Positions 57,347 to 64,000 of a stretch of 64,000 nt of DNA are shown here, piece after piece (position 1 is the first letter of the stretch; the number at the start of each line of letters is the position of its first letter). The position numbers were made by a program, and so were the translations under genes. Location of the stretch: positions 192,001 to 256,000 of the forward strand of contig CBDETK010000013.1 of NCBI GenBank assembly GCA_965242865.1. Reading direction: 5' to 3'. Source of the stretch: Candidatus Latescibacterota bacterium (lineage in GTDB: Bacteria; Latescibacterota; UBA2968; UBA8231). Below the pieces are notes generated by a model. That model worked only from the letters and a program-made list of their open reading frames with translations, had not been told where the DNA came from and searched no databases.

Positions 57347-58239
57347 TTTCCGCGACGACGCGGGTGCTCGGGGTCATCGGCGATCCGGTCGCGCACTCGG
57401 CGTCGCCGGCCATGCACAACGCCGCGCTTAGGGCGCTGAATCTCGACTATGCGTACGCGGCGTTCCGCGTCGCAGCCACCGCCTTGCCCGAGGCACTCGC
57501 CGGTATGCGCGCCCTCGGCATGGTCGGCCTGAATGTAACCGTGCCGCACAAGCAGGCCGTTATGGCCCATCTCGACGAGATTTCCCCAGAGGCCCAAAGC
57601 ATTGGCGCGGTCAATACCATTGCCAACCGCGCTGGCCGGCTCGTGGGGTACAACACCGATGCGTTTGGGATTGTGCAAAGCCTCAAGGCCGATGGCGGCT
57701 TGGACCGGCTGCCGCCCAAGGTCGCGCTGCTGGGGGCGGGCGGCGCGGCGCGGGCCGTGCTCTACGCGCTGCTGGCGCGGCCAGAGGTGGAAGAGGTGCT
57801 GCTGCTCAACCGCACTGTGGAAAAGGCCGCTGCCCTCGCCGGCGATCTCGACCGCGCCGGCAAGGTCCGGGTCGGGTCGCTGGCTGAGACCGGGCCGGTC
57901 GCGGCCGCGGGTTTGCTCATCAACGCCACGGCCTTGGGGATGCACCCCGACGTAGCTGCTTCGCCGCTGGCAGACCCGTCGTGCCTGCACGCGCAGATGC
58001 TGGTTGCCGACATTGTGTACAACCCCTTGGAAACCGCGCTCATGCGGCAGGCCGTGGCCGCGGGTGCGGCCGCGATCAACGGCTTGGGGATGCTCGCTTG
58101 GCAGGGGGCGCGCTCGTTTGAGATCTGGACCGGGGTCGAGCCGCCGGTTGAGGCGATGAGGGCTGCGCTAGAGGATGGAGGGGAGGAGGGACGGCATGAT
58201 GGAGGGGAGGGACGGCACGGGGGCCGTCCCTTACGTTGA
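57343..58239 (+). CDS. aroE: Shikimate dehydrogenase
   Basis: HSASPAMHN; NVTVPHK; GAVNT; NTD; GAGGAARA; GLGMLAWQG. Confidence 0.95.
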   Translation: MISATTRVLGVIGDPVAHSASPAMHNAALRALNLDYAYAAFRVAATALPEALAGMRALGMVGLNVTVPHKQAVMAHLDEISPEAQSIGAVNTIANRAGRLVGYNTDAFGIVQSLKADGGLDRLPPKVALLGAGGAARAVLYALLARPEVEEVLLLNRTVEKAAALAGDLDRAGKVRVGSLAETGPVAAAGLLINATALGMHPDVAASPLADPSCLHAQMLVADIVYNPLETALMRQAVAAGAAAINGLGMLAWQGARSFEIWTGVEPPVEAMRAALEDGGEEGRHDGGEGRHGGRPLR

Positions 58240-58274
58240 GCCGCCGGTTGAGGCGATGAGGGCTGAGCTAGAGG
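58135..58274 (+). repeat. 40-bp direct repeat of the aroE 3' end flanking a REP-like hairpin
   Basis: 58135-58174 versus 58235-58274 (2 mismatches); internal AGGGACGGC-ACGGGG-GCCGTCCCT-TAC at 58208-58234. Confidence 0.85.
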
Positions 58275-58354
58275 GGTTTAGCTCAGATGGTAGTCATCCT
58301 TTAAGACTGGATTCCGCAACAACAAATGACGCCTCATAGTAGGACTGCTTAGCC

Positions 58355-60073
58355 ATGACGATAACCGAAACATTAGAAGCGCACATCAGCGCGGCACTGG
58401 CCCGGGCGGGCGCACCCGCTGGTTCCCCGGCCCTCGTCGGCCCGGCCACTCGCCCGGAATTTGGCGACTACCAAGCCAACGGCGTGATGGCCGTGGCCAA
58501 AAAGCTCAAGACCAACCCCCGCGCCCTCGCCGCCCGAGTCGTGGAGGAACTGGATCTAGCGGATATGGCCGCGGCCGTAGCGGTCGCTGGTCCGGGCTTT
58601 ATCAATATCCAACTCAAGAGCGAATGGCTGGCCGAGCAGCTAGGGAACGCGCTGGCCGATCCGCGGCTGGGGGTGCCCAAGGCCGCGCCGCAAAAGGTCG
58701 TAATTGATTACTCGCATCCCAACTTGGCCAAGGAAATGCACATCGGCCATCTGCGGAGCACGGTCATCGGCGACGCCATCGCCCGCGTCCTCGAATTCTC
58801 CGGGCACGACGTGGTGCGCCACAATCACGTGGGCGACTGGGGGACGCAGTTTGGGATGCTCATCGCCCACTTGGACCAGCTCGCGGACCCGGCTACGGAA
58901 TTGGCCGATCTAGAAGTGTTCTACCAGTCGGCGCGGCAGCGCTTTGACCGGGACCCAACCTTTGCCGAGCGGTCGCGGGAATGCGTAGTCAAGCTGCAAC
59001 GCGGCGACCCGCACGTGCTGGGGATGTGGCAGCAATTCATCGACGAGTCGCTCGCCCACGGCCAGCGCATCTACGCCGCGCTCGGGGTCACACTCAAGCC
59101 CCAAGACGTGCGCGGCGAGAGCGCGTACAACGACGATTTGCCCCGCGTGGTCGAAGACTTGCAGGCCAAGGGCTTGCTCGTAGAGTCCAAGGGAGCGCAG
59201 TGCGTCTTCTTGGAGGAATTCAAAACCAAGGACGGCCAGATCACGCCGGTGATCGTGCAGAAGTCCGACGGCGGCTACCTCTATGCGACGAGCGACCTCG
59301 CGGCCGTGCGCTATCGAGCCGGTGACCTCGCGGCCGACCGAATTCTCTACATCGTGGATGCGCGCCAGTCCTTGCACTTGCAGCAGGTCTTTGCGGTGGC
59401 GCGGGCGGCCGGGTACGCGCCCGAGACGACCTCGTTGGAGCACCACGAGTTTGGCGCGATTTTGGGCGTGGACCACCGGCCGTTTAAGACGCGGGCCGGC
59501 GGCACGGTCAAGCTAATGGATGTGTTGGAGGAGGGCGTGGAGCGGGCCTTGGCCCAAGTGAGCGCGAAAAATCCCGCGATGGACGAACGCGAGCGGCGGC
59601 ACATTGCCCGCACGATTGGCATTGGCAGCGTCAAGTACCTGGAGTTGTCGTTCAATCGCACCTCGGACTACGTGTTCAACTGGGACAAAATGCTGGCCCT
59701 CGACGGCAACACCGCTCCCTACCTGCTCTATTCGTACGCCCGCATCAAGAGCCTGTTCCGCCGCGCCGCAGTCGATGAAGCGGCCCTCGCCGGCGCGATT
59801 GCCCTCGGCGAAAGGGCCGAAAACGCGCTCGCCATCAAGCTGTTGCAGTTTCCCGAAGTGGTCGCGGCCGTGGCTCGCCAGTGCTACCCACACGTGCTCT
59901 GCCACTATCTCTACGAGCTGTCCGACGCCTTTATGAAGTTCTACGAGCAGTGCCCGGTCTTGCGGGCGGACGCGCCGAAGCGCACCAGCCGGCTGCTGCT
60001 GGCGCTGTTGACCGCGCGCATCCTGCACCAAGGGCTCGACCTGCTCGGCATTGAGACCCTAGAGCGCATGTAA
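58355..60073 (+). CDS. argS: Arginine-tRNA ligase
   Basis: FGDYQAN; HIGHLRST; GDWGTQFG; FKTR; GNTAPYLLY; ERM C-terminus. Confidence 0.97.
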   Translation: MTITETLEAHISAALARAGAPAGSPALVGPATRPEFGDYQANGVMAVAKKLKTNPRALAARVVEELDLADMAAAVAVAGPGFINIQLKSEWLAEQLGNALADPRLGVPKAAPQKVVIDYSHPNLAKEMHIGHLRSTVIGDAIARVLEFSGHDVVRHNHVGDWGTQFGMLIAHLDQLADPATELADLEVFYQSARQRFDRDPTFAERSRECVVKLQRGDPHVLGMWQQFIDESLAHGQRIYAALGVTLKPQDVRGESAYNDDLPRVVEDLQAKGLLVESKGAQCVFLEEFKTKDGQITPVIVQKSDGGYLYATSDLAAVRYRAGDLAADRILYIVDARQSLHLQQVFAVARAAGYAPETTSLEHHEFGAILGVDHRPFKTRAGGTVKLMDVLEEGVERALAQVSAKNPAMDERERRHIARTIGIGSVKYLELSFNRTSDYVFNWDKMLALDGNTAPYLLYSYARIKSLFRRAAVDEAALAGAIALGERAENALAIKLLQFPEVVAAVARQCYPHVLCHYLYELSDAFMKFYEQCPVLRADAPKRTSRLLLALLTARILHQGLDLLGIETLERM

Positions 60074-60612
60074 TGGTAAAAGGGCCGGTATTTCTGACGG
60101 GTTTTATGGGCGTGGGCAAGACCCGGGTCGGCCGCATTTTGGCGCGGCAGCTCGGGCGTTGCTTCTTGGACACCGACCTGATGGTCGAACAACGCGCCGG
60201 CAAGTCCATTGCGGAGATTTTCGCCGACGATGGCGAGGAGCACTTCCGCCAGCTAGAGCGCGCCTGCGTCCTCAAAGCCTGCCAACGCCTGGATGCCGTA
60301 GTGGCCTTGGGCGGCGGAGCCATCACCCGCGCCGACACCGTCGCGGCCGTGCGCTGCGCCGGCGTCTTGGTCTGTATCAAGGCCGACGTGGATACGATTT
60401 TTGCCCGCGTCCGCCATCGCTCCAATCGGCCCCTGCTCGCCGGATTGACGCCGCCGGCGCAGCGGGCCAAGATCAAGGCCCTGCTCCGCGCCCGCGCTCC
60501 GTTCTACGAGCAAGCCCACCTCGCCCTGTACACCACTCAGGCGCAGACGCCCGAGGACACGGCCGGGCAACTCCTCGACCTGCTGGAGAGTTATAGCCAT
60601 CCGAAAACTTGA
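60073..60612 (+). CDS. aroK: Shikimate kinase
   Basis: GFMGVGKT; DTD; GEEHFR; GGG; RPLL. Confidence 0.95.
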   Translation: MVKGPVFLTGFMGVGKTRVGRILARQLGRCFLDTDLMVEQRAGKSIAEIFADDGEEHFRQLERACVLKACQRLDAVVALGGGAITRADTVAAVRCAGVLVCIKADVDTIFARVRHRSNRPLLAGLTPPAQRAKIKALLRARAPFYEQAHLALYTTQAQTPEDTAGQLLDLLESYSHPKT

Positions 60613-60672
60613 AAGCATGGAATGTTCATCGAGTGCCTATCAGGAGTCATTCTCGCGAACGCGGGAATCCAG
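60593..60672 (+). repeat. Dispersed repeat copy 1 plus REP/dRS3-like palindrome
   Basis: ACTTGAAAGCATGGAATGTTCATCGA (60607-60632) is identical to 61833-61858; GTCATTCTCGCGAACGCGGGAATCCAG at 60646-60672. Confidence 0.85.
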
Positions 60673-60695
60673 TCCTAAAGATGTAGGATTGCGAT

Positions 60696-61808
60696 ATGCA
60701 AAGAATTGACTTGGACCTCCCAGGGGCTGCATACCCCATTTTCGTCGGTCACGACATCCTCGGGGAGCTAGGGACGCGCTGCCGCGACTTGGCCTTGGGC
60801 CGGCGCGTCGCGCTGGTGACCGACGAGGTCGTGGCCGCGCACTACCTGCAACCTGTGGCCGCCAGCTTGCGCGCCGCTAAGTTCGAGGTGTTGGAAATTG
60901 TCTATGCCGGGGGCGAGGACGCCAAGACCTTGGGCGGGGCCGATGGCCTGTTCGCGCCGATGATCGAGGCCGGGTTGGACCGCGGCGCGTGGGTTGCGGC
61001 CCTCGGCGGAGGCGTAGTCGGCGACATGGCAGGCTTTGTGGCCGCCACCTATTTGCGCGGCGTGCCTTACGTGCAGGTGCCGACGACCATTGTCGCGCAG
61101 GTGGATTCGAGCATTGGCGGCAAGACCGGGGTCAATCACGCGCTGGGCAAAAACCTGATCGGCACCTTTCACCAGCCGCGCTTGGTCTTGGCCGACACCC
61201 ACGCGCTGCGCTCGCTGCCGCGGCGGGAGCGGGTCGCCGGCCTAGCCGAGGTGGTCAAACACGGGCTGATCCGCGACGTTGCGCTCTTTGCCTTTTTGGA
61301 GGAACGCTTGGAGGACGTCGTGGATATGGCCTTGGCGCCGGAGACCTTGGACTGGCTCATTGCCCGCAACGTCGAGATCAAGGCCGAAGTGGTGGCCGCC
61401 GACGAGAAGGAGCAGGGCTTGCGGGCCATCCTCAATTACGGGCACACCATTGGGCACGCGATTGAGGCCGCCACCGACTACGGCCGCTACCGGCACGGGG
61501 AGGCCGTGATTTTGGGCTTGATCGCGGCCGGCGAAATCGCCTGTCGTGCGGGGTTTTGGCCGGACGCGGAAAGGCAGCGGCAGGACGCGCTGCTGGCGCG
61601 GTTGGGGGTGCCGAAGGGATTGGCCGAGGTGGAGGCCGAGCGGATTTTGGCCTGTGCCAAGGCCGACAAGAAGCGGGTGGATGGGCGGCTGCGGTTTGTG
61701 CTGGGGCGGCGGATTGGACAGGTGGAGATCGCCGAGGGCATCGCCGATGAGATGGTATGCGCGGCCATTGAATACGTGCAGCAGTGCTCCGGGGGCGACC
61801 TCGCTTGA
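60696..61808 (+). CDS. aroB: 3-dehydroquinate synthase
   Basis: GGGVVGD; QVDSSIGGKTGVN; LNYGHTIGHAIE; HGEAV. Confidence 0.96.
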   Translation: MQRIDLDLPGAAYPIFVGHDILGELGTRCRDLALGRRVALVTDEVVAAHYLQPVAASLRAAKFEVLEIVYAGGEDAKTLGGADGLFAPMIEAGLDRGAWVAALGGGVVGDMAGFVAATYLRGVPYVQVPTTIVAQVDSSIGGKTGVNHALGKNLIGTFHQPRLVLADTHALRSLPRRERVAGLAEVVKHGLIRDVALFAFLEERLEDVVDMALAPETLDWLIARNVEIKAEVVAADEKEQGLRAILNYGHTIGHAIEAATDYGRYRHGEAVILGLIAAGEIACRAGFWPDAERQRQDALLARLGVPKGLAEVEAERILACAKADKKRVDGRLRFVLGRRIGQVEIAEGIADEMVCAAIEYVQQCSGGDLA

Positions 61809-61815
61809 GGGGAAC

Positions 61816-61858
61816 TATAGCTGTCCTAAATGACTTGAAAGCATGGAATGTTCATCGA
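61816..61858 (+). repeat. Dispersed repeat copy 2
   Basis: TATAGCTGTCCTAAATG followed by ACTTGAAAGCATGGAATGTTCATCGA. Confidence 0.85.
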
Positions 61859-62032
61859 CGCCGTCTTTTTTATCGACGCGCTCGGCCCTTGTGGATTTAC
61901 TTGATTCGACGGACTATGTTGATTGGAGTTGATTGGAACAAGGCATGACCCTGCCGGTAGATTTGCTAGAGTTGAGAGAATCGACGCCGACGCTCAGAGA
62001 AAAGCAATCGGCACTAGCGAAAGGAGTACACT

Positions 62033-62404
62033 GTGAACATACACGTGGGTAATTTGGCAAAGACAGCCAAAAAGGAGGCACTGATCCAGCTCTTCCAACC
62101 GTATGGGAAGGTCGTGGCCGTGACCATCGCCCGGGACAAGAAAAGCGGTGCCTTGCGCGGTTTTGGCTACGTAGAGATGGCGACTCGGCGCGAGGGCGAA
62201 GAGGCCATCGCCCATCTCAACGACCAAGAATTTGAAGGGCAGAAGTTGCACCTCAGCGAGGCGCACGAGCGCAAGGACAAGGCCGGGCGCGGGGCGGGCA
62301 AGGGCGGCAATCGCTTTGACTCGCAACGCAGTAGCTTTTTCTCACCGCACGGCGGCCAGCGCAACGCGGGCACCATGCGGCGCAGTGGACGGCGGGGTTC
62401 CTAG
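62033..62404 (+). CDS. RRM RNA-binding protein with Gly/Arg-rich tail
   Basis: AAGGAG RBS; RNP2 IHVGNL; RNP1 RGFGYVEM. Confidence 0.9.
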   Translation: MNIHVGNLAKTAKKEALIQLFQPYGKVVAVTIARDKKSGALRGFGYVEMATRREGEEAIAHLNDQEFEGQKLHLSEAHERKDKAGRGAGKGGNRFDSQRSSFFSPHGGQRNAGTMRRSGRRGS

Positions 62405-62994
62405 CACACTAGCGCAAGTAGCTCGGCGTGGCTCTGTACGCGGAAGTCGGCAGGCCAGAGGTCCTGACCTAAAGCGTCGTAGTAAATGGTAGCGACCCCG
62501 GCGCGGCGACCGGCTTCGAGGTCGTAGCGGAAGTCGCCGACCATCACGACCGTCGCCGGCGCAGCACCCCAAGCGGCGAGCAGCTTGCGGATGCCATCGG
62601 GGTCTGGCTTGGGCACGGCCTCGGCGCGGCCTAAGATGTAAGCGGGGTCGAAGAATGCGGTAAGCTCGCAGACAGCGAGCGTCTGCAACGCATTGGCGTG
62701 GCTGTTGCGGGTGAGAATGCCGAGCCGGGCACCGCGTGAGACCAGTGAGGTCAGCAGCGCGTGGACACCGGGGAGGGGCTGGGCGCGAAGGGCATATTCA
62801 CGTTCGAGCGCGGCAAGGCGACGTCTGAGCACGGCCGCTTGGGCCTCGGGTCGGGCGTCGATCGCAGCGAGGATATCCTGGCCCAAAGGCAGGCCCAACT
62901 GCTGGCGCATGGCATCAAATTCAATGGCACTGTTGGCGAGGGTGTTGTCGAGATCGAAAATCCAGTGGGTGAAGTCCGCGAGCATTTTCTGCAA
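62401..62994 (-). CDS. HAD-family phosphatase
   Basis: FDLDNTL; LTRN; KPDPDG; VGDFRYD. Confidence 0.88.
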   Translation of the reverse strand: MQKMLADFTHWIFDLDNTLANSAIEFDAMRQQLGLPLGQDILAAIDARPEAQAAVLRRRLAALEREYALRAQPLPGVHALLTSLVSRGARLGILTRNSHANALQTLAVCELTAFFDPAYILGRAEAVPKPDPDGIRKLLAAWGAAPATVVMVGDFRYDLEAGRRAGVATIYYDALGQDLWPADFRVQSHAELLALVC

Positions 62995-63083
62995 GTTTTG
63001 TGTCGTTTTGGCGAGGTGTGCTGAAGAGGGCTACTTTGCCAACTTCTGCTAAAGGGTTCGTTGTTTTGAAGCCTTGTGGTTTT

Positions 63084-63138
63084 CTAAATTCCCGCCCCGT
63101 GTCGGAGCACGGGGTGACGTTCTTTTGCGGGAATGACG
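63084..63138. repeat. Compound REP/dRS3-like palindrome
   Basis: ATTCCCGC...GCGGGAATGACG outer arms with an inner CCCCGTG-TCGGAG-CACGGGG hairpin. Confidence 0.75.
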
Positions 63139-63150
63139 GGCGCCAGCTAG

Positions 63151-64000
63151 CTACAACTGCTCGGCCAATTCTTCCGCCGGATAGGTGAGAATCTCGGCCA
63201 AGGTCGGATGGTAATGGGGGATGGTAGCCAAATCCTGCACTGTGCCGCGAAAGTACATCACCGCGATCAACTCGTGGATCAGCTCGCCGGCCTCCGGGCC
63301 GACAATGTGCCCGCCGAGCACTTCGCCCGAGCGCGGGTCGCAGAGAATTTTTGCGTGGCCGCAGGTCTCGCCCATGGTCAGGGACTTGCCGTGGTCGTCA
63401 AACGGGTAGCTGGCCGCCAAATAGGGCCGGTCCGCAACGCGGCAGTCGCGCTCGCTCAGGCCGACACTCGCTACCTGCGGGTCGGTAAACACGACCAGCG
63501 CGTTGAGGCGGTCGTCGAATCGGTGCTCGGGGCGGTCTGGGTGCGTGGCATTGTACGCGGCGATCTCGCCCTGCTCAATCGCGATGTGGACGACCTCGTG
63601 CTCGCCGTTGACGTCGCCGACCGCGTAGATGTGGGGTTGGCTGGTGCGCATGGCCGCATCCACGACAATGCGCCCGCCGGCGACCTCAACGCCGGCTTGG
63701 TCTAGGCCCAATTCGTCGATATGCGGCCGCCGGCCGAGGGCTTGGAGGACGAGGGCCGCCGAAGCTGTTTTTTCCGCGCCGCCCTCGGAAAAGTGCGCGA
63801 TCGTACGCCCGTTTTCCGCGGTGAATTGGCGCAACTCGGTGCCGGTGTACACCTCCATCCCCTCTTCGCGGAAGCGCGCTTCAACTGGCCGCGCCAAGTC
63901 CTCGTCGCCGGCCGAGAGAATGTGGTCGCTGCGCTGGATGAGCGTCACCTGAGTGCCAATGCGCTGAAAGAACTGGGCCAGCTCAACGGCGATGGGACCG
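63151..64000 (-). CDS. Pyridine nucleotide-disulfide oxidoreductase (Lpd/MerA-like), 5' end outside the window
   Basis: GPIAVELAQ; IYAVGDV; VFTDPQVASVG; GELIHE; HYHPTLAE. Confidence 0.85.
   Translation of the reverse strand, partial: GPIAVELAQFFQRIGTQVTLIQRSDHILSAGDEDLARPVEARFREEGMEVYTGTELRQFTAENGRTIAHFSEGGAEKTASAALVLQALGRRPHIDELGLDQAGVEVAGGRIVVDAAMRTSQPHIYAVGDVNGEHEVVHIAIEQGEIAAYNATHPDRPEHRFDDRLNALVVFTDPQVASVGLSERDCRVADRPYLAASYPFDDHGKSLTMGETCGHAKILCDPRSGEVLGGHIVGPEAGELIHELIAVMYFRGTVQDLATIPHYHPTLAEILTYPAEELAEQL

Noticed and set aside
58272-58293. AGGGGTTTAGCTCAGATGGTAG resembling a tRNA 5' end
   Set aside because: No anticodon arm, T-arm or 3' acceptor strand follows; it is also explained as a local CTGAGCTA/TAGCTCAG hairpin.
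60607-61858. 26-bp repeats as a CRISPR array
   Set aside because: Only two copies 1.2 kb apart with a gene between them; no cas genes.

Overview
High-GC bacterial chromosomal DNA. The efp-accB-accC-gcvH order, an LptD gene, a TonB-dependent receptor and FlgD/T9SS-type C-terminal domains suggest an FCB-group diderm such as Latescibacterota or Gemmatimonadota (inference only). The left part (minus strand) is housekeeping: lptD (partial), rlmB, mutS, rpsA, cmk, rluB, scpBA, an HNH gene, gcvH, accCB, efp, a TPR gene and tRNA-Lys(CTT). It is interrupted between mutS and rlmB by a lower-GC defence remnant: orphan hsdS, a broken SIR2-like gene, XRE-ImmA and PIN. The middle holds transport, catabolic and envelope genes, a mini-IS982 derivative, a truncated relBE pair and two tandem secreted S8 proteases with 3 versus 12 IPT/TIG domains. 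The right part is an aromatic-amino-acid supraoperon. Several elements are missing from the ORF track. The first is a complete, probably leaderless Trp attenuator (promoter, 26-aa WW leader, 1:2/2:3/3:4 helices) ahead of a fused trpE(G). The others are two small proteins (46 aa and 40 aa) and dispersed REP/MITE-like repeats that remodel gene ends. Also notable: a full-length AroA homologue missing most catalytic motifs, a tyrA with no canonical start codon, and a visible excess of CTAG/CCAAG/CTTGG. No CRISPR array, reverse transcriptase, integrase or prophage was seen. All calls come from reading motifs by eye; no database search was run.
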